Source of the DNA: Thermoanaerobaculia bacterium
Lineage (GTDB): Bacteria; Acidobacteriota; Thermoanaerobaculia; Gp7-AA8
DNA: 45,378 nt
NCBI GenBank assembly: GCA_036388835.1
Contig: DASVRB010000365.1
Location: 1-45,378, forward strand
Direction: 5' to 3'
Shown here: one piece after another, positions 23,649 to 31,244 of the stretch
How the letters are laid out: each line of letters opens with the position of its first letter
Numbering within the stretch: position 1 is the stretch's first letter
The notes under the pieces: generated by a model
The model's input: only the letters and a program-made list of their open reading frames with translations
What the model was told of the DNA's origin: nothing
Databases searched by the model: none
Made by a program: the position numbers and the translations under genes

Positions 23649-23730
23649 CAGAATGCTGTTCTTAGCACCACAGTAGCGATCGCGGAGTACGCGCATGCGA
23701 GCAAAGTGCGCGGCAAGGCATAATTGAGAG

Positions 23731-24303
23731 ATGTCCGCACGCATACGCGAGCACGCGACGTATCAGGACCTGCTGAAGGTGCCGGACAACATGGTCGCGG
23801 AGTTGATCGAAGGGGAATTGTTCGCGTCACCGCGGCCGCGCATCCGTCACGCGGAGGCGCAAACGGAGCTGGCGGCGATCCTGCGCTCGACGTTCGGACG
23901 AGGCGGTGGCGGATCGGGCACGTGGCACATCCTCATCGAGCCGGAGCTTCACCTCGGCGCTGACATCCTCGTTCCCGATATCGCCGCCTGGCGCGTCGAA
24001 CGCGTCGGGCCGCGGATGCCCGACGTTGCGGCGATGACCCTCGCGCCCGACTGGGTCTGCGAAATCCTCTCGTCCTCCACAGCGCGCCTCGATCGGGCGA
24101 GGAAGCTCCCGGTGTATGCGAGACACGGCATCCCGTACTCGTGGATCGTTGCGGTCGATGAGCAGGTGCTGGAGGTCAAGCGCCTCGAGAACGGCAAGTG
24201 GACTGACATCGGAACCTTTGCGGCGGGTGACGTCGTGCGAGCGGAGCCGTTCGACTCGATCGAGATCGACATGACGCGCGTCTGGGGCCCACCCCCCTCT
24301 TAA
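23731..24303 (+). CDS. Uma2-family (DUF820) putative endonuclease
   Basis: [20 protein letters not shown]...PDIAAW...[35 protein letters not shown] matches the Uma2/PD-(D/E)xK pattern. Confidence 0.85.
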   Translation: MSARIREHATYQDLLKVPDNMVAELIEGELFASPRPRIRHAEAQTELAAILRSTFGRGGGGSGTWHILIEPELHLGADILVPDIAAWRVERVGPRMPDVAAMTLAPDWVCEILSSSTARLDRARKLPVYARHGIPYSWIVAVDEQVLEVKRLENGKWTDIGTFAAGDVVRAEPFDSIEIDMTRVWGPPPS

Positions 24304-24860
24304 CGCGCGCGCTTCTCCAGCTCCGCGCCCACCTCCTCCCAACCGATCCCTTCATTCACCATCAACACCGACAGGTGAAAGACCAGATCGGCGATCTCGC
24401 TGATCGTTCGGTCGCGGCCCTCTCCTGATGCGGCGATGACGACCTCGGTCGCTTCTTCGCCGATTTTCTTCAGGATTTTGTTGCGGCCGGCGTTGAAGAG
24501 CGTTGCGGTGTACGAGCCTTCCGGCCGCGACTCGTAGCGCTCGCCGAGCACGCGCATCAATCGTTCGAGCGGCAGCGGTGGGACGTCGGCGAAGCAGGAG
24601 TCGGCGCCGGTGTGACAGGCAGGGCCCGCCGGCACGACCGTTACGACGAGGGCGTCGTTGTCGCAGTCGGTGGCGATGTGCACGACGCGCTGTGTGTTGC
24701 CGGAGGTCGCGCCTTTGTGCCACAGCTCGTTGCGGCTGCGGCTCCAGAACCAGGTCTCGCCGCTCTCGCGCGTCTTCGCGAGCGACTCTTCGTTCATGTA
24801 GGCGAGGGTGAGGATGGCGCCGCTGCGTGCGTCGCGGACGATTGCGGGGATGAGGTTCAT
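24300..24860 (-). CDS. hisI: Bifunctional phosphoribosyl-AMP cyclohydrolase / phosphoribosyl-ATP pyrophosphatase
   Basis: HisI part: [38 protein letters not shown]...CDNDALVV...CHTG. HisE part: SYTATLF...[17 protein letters not shown]. Confidence 0.93.
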   Translation of the reverse strand: MNLIPAIVRDARSGAILTLAYMNEESLAKTRESGETWFWSRSRNELWHKGATSGNTQRVVHIATDCDNDALVVTVVPAGPACHTGADSCFADVPPLPLERLMRVLGERYESRPEGSYTATLFNAGRNKILKKIGEEATEVVIAASGEGRDRTISEIADLVFHLSVLMVNEGIGWEEVGAELEKRAR

Positions 24861-26317
24861 CGGATGGGGATCCCTTCTGCGGCGAGGTATTGCTTCACGT
24901 CGCCAACGGTGAGCACGCGGTCGTGAAAGAGGGAAGCGGCGAGCACGGCCCGCGCGCCGCCGGATTCGATGGCGTCGCGAAAGTGGGTGAGGTTGCCGGC
25001 GCCGCCGGAGGCGATGACGCCGATCTGCAGACGCGAGCTGACGGCGCGCAACAATTCGATGTCAAAGCCGGAGCTGGTGCCGTCGCGATCGACGGAGGTG
25101 AGGAGGATTTCTCCGGCGCCGAGCTGCTCCGCTCGCACGCACCACTCCACCGCATCGACATCCGTCAGTTCTTTCCCGCCGCGCACAGCGGCGAACCCGC
25201 CCCTCGCATCACACGACAGGACCACCGCCTGCACTCCAAACTCCTCGGCGCATTCGCGGATGAGCTCCGGCCGGCGCAGCGCGGCGGTGTTGATGGCGAC
25301 GCGATCGGCACCGGCGCGCAGCAGCGCGCGGAAGTCGTCGATCGTGCGGACGCCCCCTCCGACGGTGAGTGGAATGAAGAGCGCGTCGGCCACGCGGCGA
25401 ACGGTGTCGAGCGCGGTCTCAGTAGCGCGATCGGTCGCGGAGATGTCGAGCAGCACGAGCTCGTCGGCACCTTCGGTTTCGTAGCGCATCGCGCATTCCA
25501 CCGGATCGCCTGCATCGCGGATCTGCTCGAACGAGACCCCCTTGACCACGCGGCCGTCGCGGACGTCGAGGCAGGGGATGACCCGCTCCGGAATCGCATT
25601 CGGCGTCGCCACGCGCGCCTGCGCTTGCGCGAGATCGAGCCGTTTTTCGAGCAATGCCTTGCCGATCACGCAGCCGCTCACATTGCCGAGGCGCGAGAGC
25701 GAGACCGCGTCGCTGATGGTGGAGACGCCGCCGGATGCGATCAGACGGACGCGGGTGAGCGCCCGCAGCTCGCGATAGAGCGTGAACGATGGACCGCGCA
25801 ACGCGCCGTCTCTCGAAATGTCGGTGACGAGCGCTTCGTCGATGCCGAGCGATTCGAGGCGCGCGAAGATCTCGGCAAGCGAGGACGACGAGGCGCGCTC
25901 CCAGCCGTCGGTGCGCACCACGCCGTCGCGCACGTCGATGGCCGGGATGATGCGCGTCGCGCCGAACGCGTTCACCAGCGATTCGAGCAGCGCCGGCGAT
26001 TCGGCGGCCACGGTGCCGACGACGAGCCGTTGCGCGCCGCAGTCGAGCCAGCGTTGCGCATCTTCGAGCGAGCGGATGCCGCCGCCGACCTGCACGATCA
26101 GCTCGCGTGAAGCGAGACGCCGCACGACGTCCGATTCAATCGGCCGGCCGCGGCGCGAGCCTTCGAGATCGACGACGTGCAGGCGCGAGCCACGCGGTAC
26201 GTCGAGCGCATCGAGCACCTGTTCGGGCTCGCCGTACACGCGCGCGGTCGCAAAGTCGCCGTGCGTCAGTCGCACGACCTTACCGTCGAGCAGATCGAGG
26301 GAGGGGATCAGTTGCAT
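24857..26317 (-). CDS. hisA/hisF: Fused HisA (ProFAR isomerase) - HisF (imidazole glycerol phosphate synthase cyclase subunit), single 486-aa ORF
   Basis: aa 1-233 are HisA-like ([17 protein letters not shown]...IPAIDVRDG...ASGGVS...GCVIGKAL). There is a 10-aa linker. aa 244-486 are HisF-like ([16 protein letters not shown]...LTVGGGVRT...ASGGAG...ASLFH...[10 protein letters not shown]). No stop codon at the junction (25589-25618). Confidence 0.9.
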   Translation of the reverse strand: MQLIPSLDLLDGKVVRLTHGDFATARVYGEPEQVLDALDVPRGSRLHVVDLEGSRRGRPIESDVVRRLASRELIVQVGGGIRSLEDAQRWLDCGAQRLVVGTVAAESPALLESLVNAFGATRIIPAIDVRDGVVRTDGWERASSSSLAEIFARLESLGIDEALVTDISRDGALRGPSFTLYRELRALTRVRLIASGGVSTISDAVSLSRLGNVSGCVIGKALLEKRLDLAQAQARVATPNAIPERVIPCLDVRDGRVVKGVSFEQIRDAGDPVECAMRYETEGADELVLLDISATDRATETALDTVRRVADALFIPLTVGGGVRTIDDFRALLRAGADRVAINTAALRRPELIRECAEEFGVQAVVLSCDARGGFAAVRGGKELTDVDAVEWCVRAEQLGAGEILLTSVDRDGTSSGFDIELLRAVSSRLQIGVIASGGAGNLTHFRDAIESGGARAVLAASLFHDRVLTVGDVKQYLAAEGIPIR

Positions 26318-26898
26318 TGCACGAAGTTCCTGAGGACGCGCAGTCCGGCGGCCGACGATTTTTCGGGATGGAACTGCACGCCGAACACGCGTTCGCGCTG
26401 CACGGCGGCGGTGAAGCGGCCGTTGTATTCGGCCGCCGCGATCTCGTTGTCCGCGTCACGTGCGGCGTACGAGTTCACGAAGTAGAAGGAGGTGCCGTCG
26501 GCAATTCCGTCGAAGAGGATTGCCTCTTTTCCACGCACGCGGTTCCAGCCGATTTGCGGGACCGGCAGCGGCCCGTCGATGCGTCGAATGCTGCCGCGAA
26601 TCAGGCCGAGCCCGCGCGTCTCGCCGTGCTCGTACGAAACGTCGAAGAGAAGTTGATGACCGACACAGATACCGAGGAGAAACGCGTTGCGCTCGACGGC
26701 AGTGGTGATGGCGGAGTCGATGCCGCTCTGCGCGAGCCACGCACGCGCGGCCGCAAACGAGCCGACGCCCGGCAGCACGAGCTTCCCCGCGCGCGCGACG
26801 ACGTCCGGATCGCGCGACAGCTCGATCGTGGCGCCGGCGGCACGCAGCGCGCGCGCGATGTTGGCGGTGTTGGCGACGGGAGAATCGATGAGGATCAA
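26308..26898 (-). CDS. hisH: Imidazole glycerol phosphate synthase glutaminase subunit
   Basis: ILIDSPVANTANI..., GICVGHQLL (catalytic Cys), VQFHPEKS. TTG start at 26898 with AGGAG 4 nt upstream; TTGA overlap with the hisB stop. Confidence 0.92.
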   Translation of the reverse strand: MILIDSPVANTANIARALRAAGATIELSRDPDVVARAGKLVLPGVGSFAAARAWLAQSGIDSAITTAVERNAFLLGICVGHQLLFDVSYEHGETRGLGLIRGSIRRIDGPLPVPQIGWNRVRGKEAILFDGIADGTSFYFVNSYAARDADNEIAAAEYNGRFTAAVQRERVFGVQFHPEKSSAAGLRVLRNFVQCN

Positions 26899-27482
26899 AT
26901 CACTCCTTTCGTGCTCGGCACCTCGTTGCTCACGACTTCTTTCGCGGCGCGGACGGCGATCGCGAAGGCTTTGAAGATCGCTTCGGCGGCGTGGTGTCCG
27001 TTGCGGCCGCGCAGGAGGTCGACGTGCACGTTCGCGGCGCATTTGTTCGCGAATGACTTGAAGAACTCTTCGACCAGCGCGAACGGAAAATCCTTGTGGA
27101 TGAGCAGCATCTCGCGATCGAGCGGCGCTTCGAAGACGAGGAACGGGCGGCCGGAGAAGTCGACCACCACGCGCGCCATCGCTTCGTCGAGCGGGACGTA
27201 GGCGTGGCCGAAGCGGCGGATGCCGCGTTTGTCGCCGAGTGCCTGCGCGAACGCCTCGCCGAGGACCAGGCCGACGTCTTCGACCGTGTGGTGATAGTCA
27301 ATGTGTGTATCACCTGTCGCGGCGACGTCGAGGTCGACCTGCGCGTGCCGCGCGATCGCGTCGAGCATGTGCGAGAGGAAGCCGATCGGCGTGTCGATGT
27401 TCGCGCGGCCGCTGCCGTCGAGATTCACCGTGATGTTGACCGACGTTTCTTTGGTGACGCGTTTGATGGTGGCGGTTCTCAT
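26895..27482 (-). CDS. hisB: Imidazoleglycerol-phosphate dehydratase
   Basis: MRTATIKRVTKETSVNITVNLDGSG...IDYHHTVEDVG...GRNGHHAAEAIFKAF; 195 aa. ATGA overlap with the hisC stop. Confidence 0.94.
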   Translation of the reverse strand: MRTATIKRVTKETSVNITVNLDGSGRANIDTPIGFLSHMLDAIARHAQVDLDVAATGDTHIDYHHTVEDVGLVLGEAFAQALGDKRGIRRFGHAYVPLDEAMARVVVDFSGRPFLVFEAPLDREMLLIHKDFPFALVEEFFKSFANKCAANVHVDLLRGRNGHHAAEAIFKAFAIAVRAAKEVVSNEVPSTKGVI

Positions 27483-28495
27483 GCGAGCTCCTGCAGTGCG
27501 GCGAAAAAGCGGTCGTTCTGTTCGGGCGTGCCGATCGAGACGCGCAGCGTCGCGTCGAGCGGCGTCTTGCGGATCAGAATGCCGCGCTCGAAAAAGTCGT
27601 CGAACGTGGCGCGTGTGCGGAAGGCGATGAAGTTCGCGCAACTCGGATAGACGGCGATCGAGCGAATGCCGCGCATCGCGGCGAGCAGCCGTTCGCGCTC
27701 CGCGACGATCCGCGCGACATTCGCATCGCGCATGTCCCGGTTCTCCAGCGCCACCGCCGCGATGTGCTCGCTGATGACGTTCAGCGAATACGGCAGCTTC
27801 ACCTTCCGAATCTCGCGACACGTCGCGGCGGTGGAGGCGAGCCAGCCGGTGCGCAGCGCGGCCAGTCCCCACGCTTTCGAGAAGGTGGAGAACGTCACCA
27901 GCCGGTCGTCGAGCGGCGGCAGCTCATCGTCCGCAAAGTCGCCGTACGCGCGGTCGAACAGCACCGTTGCGCCGCTGTCGAGCAACCGTTGCAGGCCACC
28001 GTGCGCGAGCACGCTGCCGGTCGGATTGTTCGGCGAGCAGACGATCGCGACCGCGCCATCGAGTGTCGCGAGCGCCCTGAGCATTTCGTCGAGCGGCAGC
28101 AATCCCGACGTGGGATCGAAATCGATCGGCACCGGCAGGCCCCCAGCGATCGTGACGAGCTTCTCGTACAGCGCGAACGTCGGACGCGGAAAGACGACCG
28201 GCGTGCCGGGGCCGACGAACGCGGCAATTGCCGCAGCGAGCAGCTCGTTCGAGCCGTTGCCGACCAGGATGTTCTCCGCCGCGAAGCCGTACGCATCGGC
28301 GAGCGCGGTGCGCAGCGCGGTCGATTCGAAATCGGGATAGAGGTTCCATGGCCGCTCCGCCATGCGTGCGAGCGCCTGCTCCTTCAACTCGCGCGGAAAG
28401 TCGTACGGCGATTCGTTTTGATTGAGCTTGATCTCCGCTTCGCGAAGCTCGAGCGTGTAGGCGGTCATTGCGGCAACGGTGGCGCGCGCGCTCAT
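27479..28495 (-). CDS. hisC: Histidinol-phosphate aminotransferase
   Basis: IKLNQNESPYDFP...GNGSNELL...CSPNNPTG...FSTFSKAWGLAALRTGW. ATG 28495 overlaps the hisD stop (ATGA). The 646-aa track ORF is an upstream extension through hisD. Confidence 0.92.
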   Translation of the reverse strand: MSARATVAAMTAYTLELREAEIKLNQNESPYDFPRELKEQALARMAERPWNLYPDFESTALRTALADAYGFAAENILVGNGSNELLAAAIAAFVGPGTPVVFPRPTFALYEKLVTIAGGLPVPIDFDPTSGLLPLDEMLRALATLDGAVAIVCSPNNPTGSVLAHGGLQRLLDSGATVLFDRAYGDFADDELPPLDDRLVTFSTFSKAWGLAALRTGWLASTAATCREIRKVKLPYSLNVISEHIAAVALENRDMRDANVARIVAERERLLAAMRGIRSIAVYPSCANFIAFRTRATFDDFFERGILIRKTPLDATLRVSIGTPEQNDRFFAALQELA

Positions 28496-29724
28496 CGCGT
28501 GCCTCCGTTCAGCGCGGACGCGGGGACAGGCAGGATTGCCTCTCCTCCACTTCTTGCTTCGATCGACTCGGCGTGTTTCGGCAGACCTTCGAACCGGGCG
28601 ATGCGCGCGGCGGCATCGGCGATGTCGCCGAGCTTCTCCTCGCTCAACATCACCACGTTCGAGCGCTTCACGAAGTCGTACACGCCGAGCGGCGAGAAAA
28701 AGCGCGCGCTGCCGGCGGTCGGCAGCACGTGATTCGAGCCGATCGCGTAATCGCCTGCCGCCGGGGCGGAGAACGAGCCGACATAAATCGCGCCGGCGTT
28801 CTGCGCACGATCGGCGATCGACGCCGCGTTTCGCGCGTGAATCGAAAGGTGTTCCGGCGCGATGCGATCCGAGAGCGCGATCGCTTCTTCGACGGAATAG
28901 GCGACGAGATTCAGCGTCGCGCGGACGTCGAGCGGCGCGCCGACGGAGATGCAGATCACGGCGGAATCGGGACCGTGCTCCTGTTGCGCGTCGAGGTCCG
29001 CCTGCACCAGTGCCGCGTTCGCGCTGTCGTCGGCGATCACGATCAATTCGGTCGGGCCGGCGGTCATGTCGATGCCGACTTCGCCGATGAGCCGCGTCTT
29101 CGCGGCGGTCACGTACGCGTTGCCGGGACCGGCGATTTTGTCGACGCGGCGCAGCGACTCGGTGCCTAACGCGAGCGCGGCGATGCCGGCCGCGCCGCCG
29201 CAGCGATAGAGCTCCGTGATGCCGAGGCGGTTGCAGACGTAGTGCAGCTCCTCGCGCGAGGCGGCGGCGGGAGTGGTCGCCACAACCAGCTCCGGCACGC
29301 CCGCGATGCGCGCGGGAACCGCGCACATGATCAGCGTCGAGATGTAGACCGCGCGTCCGCCCGGCACGTACAAACCGGCGCGCTGCAGCGGGCGCACGCG
29401 GTGCGTGACCCCCTCCCATTCGTACGACCGCGGCAGTTGTTGGAGGTGAAACGCCTCGACGCGCGCGATCGCCAGATCGAGTGCATTCGCGAGCTCGCGA
29501 TCGATGCTCACCCGGCGCGGCTCGATCCGAATGGCGTCGGGTGCGAGCTGCACGTTGTCGAAGCGGGCGATCTGCTCGGCGACGTACGCGTCACCGCGTG
29601 CGCGCACGCCGGCGATCATCTCGTCGGCGACGCGGAACGCGTTTTCATTCGAGGCGTTGCGGCGCTGTTCCAGCGCGCGCAGCGCGGCTTCTGCTTCAGG
29701 CGATGAGGGTCGGAACCATTGCAT
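28492..29724 (-). CDS. hisD: Histidinol dehydrogenase
   Basis: LYVPGGRAVYISTLIM...KIAGPGNAYVTAAK...AGPTELIVIAD...QQEHGPDS...APEHL...GDYAIGSNHVLPT; 410 aa. Confidence 0.94.
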   Translation of the reverse strand: MQWFRPSSPEAEAALRALEQRRNASNENAFRVADEMIAGVRARGDAYVAEQIARFDNVQLAPDAIRIEPRRVSIDRELANALDLAIARVEAFHLQQLPRSYEWEGVTHRVRPLQRAGLYVPGGRAVYISTLIMCAVPARIAGVPELVVATTPAAASREELHYVCNRLGITELYRCGGAAGIAALALGTESLRRVDKIAGPGNAYVTAAKTRLIGEVGIDMTAGPTELIVIADDSANAALVQADLDAQQEHGPDSAVICISVGAPLDVRATLNLVAYSVEEAIALSDRIAPEHLSIHARNAASIADRAQNAGAIYVGSFSAPAAGDYAIGSNHVLPTAGSARFFSPLGVYDFVKRSNVVMLSEEKLGDIADAAARIARFEGLPKHAESIEARSGGEAILPVPASALNGGTR

Positions 29725-30337
29725 TGCGGGCTTCCTCGATGCGCGCGATCAGCTCGCGCGCGGTTTTGTTGTTCGTTCTGAGGGCATTCGTCGCGACGAT
29801 GAGCCGCGGCGTGATGTCAGTGACGAGCTCCTGCAGCTCGAGCTTGTGGACGCGCGCCGTCTCGCCGCTTTCGACGAGGTCGATGACGTGGGAGGTGAGA
29901 TGGAGCACCGCCGCGAGCTCGACCGAGCCGCCGAGGGGGACGATCTCCGCGCGCAGGGACAACGAGTCGAGATACTGCCGCGCGATGCGCGGGTACTTGG
30001 TCGCGACCGTCGCGCGATGCGACAGGGGAGGCGCGCCCGTGGCGCCGATGACCATCATCCGGCAGCGTCCGAACGGCAGCTCGACCGCCTGCGCGGCGCT
30101 GCATTCCTGCTCGAGAATTTGATCGAGTCCGGCCACGCCGGCGTCGGCCGCGCCGTGCTCGACGTACACCGGCACGTCGCAGTCTTTGACGAAGATCCAT
30201 TCGATCGCACCGCGCGTGAAGACGAGCTTGCGCGTGGCGAGATCGGCGCTGTCGGGCACGTCGTAGCCGGCCGCCGCGAAGAGCGCGAGTGAGGGAGGGA
30301 GGAGACGTCCTTTCGGAATCGCGATTCTCATCATCAA
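29696..30337 (-). CDS. hisG: ATP phosphoribosyltransferase, short (HisZ-dependent) form
   Basis: MRIAIPKGRL...DCDVPVYVEHGAADAGVAG.D...VATKYPRIARQY...LGGSVELA; 213 aa, without the C-terminal regulatory domain. Confidence 0.92.
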   Translation of the reverse strand: MMMRIAIPKGRLLPPSLALFAAAGYDVPDSADLATRKLVFTRGAIEWIFVKDCDVPVYVEHGAADAGVAGLDQILEQECSAAQAVELPFGRCRMMVIGATGAPPLSHRATVATKYPRIARQYLDSLSLRAEIVPLGGSVELAAVLHLTSHVIDLVESGETARVHKLELQELVTDITPRLIVATNALRTNNKTARELIARIEEARNAMVPTLIA

Positions 30338-31047
30338 TCCTCGAGCGCGTCGACGGTCAGGGTGAAGCCGACCGCGGGGGCCGCGTAGCCGAAGCGCGCG
30401 TAGAGCGCGTCGTAGCGGCCACCCTGCGCCAGCAGCGTGCGGCGATCGGCGGCGTAGAGCCAGAAGCGCAGGCCGGTGTAGTAGCCGGCGTCCGTGTCGT
30501 CGCTGTCGTGCCGCACGAAGCGCGCATCGCTTGCTAGCGCGCGCTGCAACTCGTCGTCGCGCTCGACGGAGCCGATGACGCTGTAGACGACGAGCGCGTT
30601 CTCGACGAGCGAGGCGGCGATCTGCAGCAGCTCGACGTCCGCTTCAGCCGAGGCGTCGCCGATCAGCTCTGCACCGATCTGGAACAGCTCGCGATTGCTG
30701 CCGAGACGTGAGGCTTCGCAACGAATGACATCGCCGCGATAGAACACGCGCAGCGGCAGGTTGCGCTCATCGAGCGACGGTGCGAGCGCGCGCGCCACCA
30801 TCGGCGTGAAGTCGGAGCGGACGGCCACGAGCTCGCCGTCGCGGTCGGTGAAGCGGTAACTCTGCCGCGCATCGTTCGCGGTGACGCCGGCATACGGTTC
30901 CGCGAAGTCGATGATCGGGAGCACGACCTCGGCGAAGCCCGCGTCTTCGAGCGACGAGACGATCCGCGTCTCGATGCGTCGTCGCCGCGCCGTCTCTTCG
31001 ACGAGCAGCGGGCGCGCTCCGGTTGGATATCTGAATGTTGTGGCCAT
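30334..31047 (-). CDS. hisZ: ATP phosphoribosyltransferase regulatory subunit HisZ (compact, 237 aa)
   Basis: Class-II aaRS-like motifs (PTGARPLL..., YRFTDRDGELVAVRSDFTPMVAR, RVFYRGDVIR, ELFQIGAELIG, GGRYDAL...AVGFTL). ATG at 31047; 4-nt overlap with the hisG start. Confidence 0.8.
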   Translation of the reverse strand: MATTFRYPTGARPLLVEETARRRRIETRIVSSLEDAGFAEVVLPIIDFAEPYAGVTANDARQSYRFTDRDGELVAVRSDFTPMVARALAPSLDERNLPLRVFYRGDVIRCEASRLGSNRELFQIGAELIGDASAEADVELLQIAASLVENALVVYSVIGSVERDDELQRALASDARFVRHDSDDTDAGYYTGLRFWLYAADRRTLLAQGGRYDALYARFGYAAPAVGFTLTVDALED

Positions 31048-31051
31048 CAAG

Positions 31052-31085
31052 TCAAAAACCTCTTCCGTGGGATCAGGAAGAGGTT
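31052..31085 (-). terminator. Intrinsic terminator (attenuator) immediately upstream of hisZ
   Basis: Minus-strand RNA AACCUCUUCC-UGAUCCCAC-GGAAGAGGUU followed by UUUGAC. 10-bp stem, 5-U run. It ends 4 nt before the TTG/ATG of hisZ. Confidence 0.7.
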
Positions 31086-31151
31086 GTCGACTCGGCGCTG
31101 CTCAGCGTTGGCCCCTTCCTTTCGGCGGGGCACAAACGACACGCACCCCTA

Positions 31152-31199
31152 TCACTCGTGGTGATGGTGGTGGTGGCGGTGAGCGCGGTTGAACGTCAT
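31152..31199 (-). CDS. hisL: His operon leader peptide, MTFNRAHRHHHHHHE
   Basis: ATG ACG TTC AAC CGC GCT CAC CGC CAC CAC CAC CAT CAC CAC GAG TGA on the minus strand. 7 His codons in 8 positions, 104 nt upstream of hisZ and followed by alternative hairpins and a terminator. No clear SD. Confidence 0.75.
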   Translation of the reverse strand: MTFNRAHRHHHHHHE

Positions 31200-31244
31200 T
31201 ACGGCGAGGAGTGTAGCAGTGGAGTCAAGCGAGATAATGAAAGG

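Noticed and set aside
28496-29419. Long upstream extensions of the hisC (646 aa) and hisB (325 aa, 27483-27872) ORFs
   Set aside because: The extensions run through the preceding his genes in another frame and are Arg-rich. Conserved N-termini and ATGA start/stop overlaps define the real starts.
29696-29724. 29-nt overlap of hisG and hisD as a possible frameshift or misassembly
   Set aside because: Both proteins are full length with normal termini. Overlaps are the rule throughout this operon.
31035-31244. Upstream extension of the histidine kinase ORF across hisZ start, attenuator and leader peptide
   Set aside because: It overlaps hisZ and the his leader on the opposite strand and has no kinase-like sequence. 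The hydrophobic sensor domain begins after ATG 31245.
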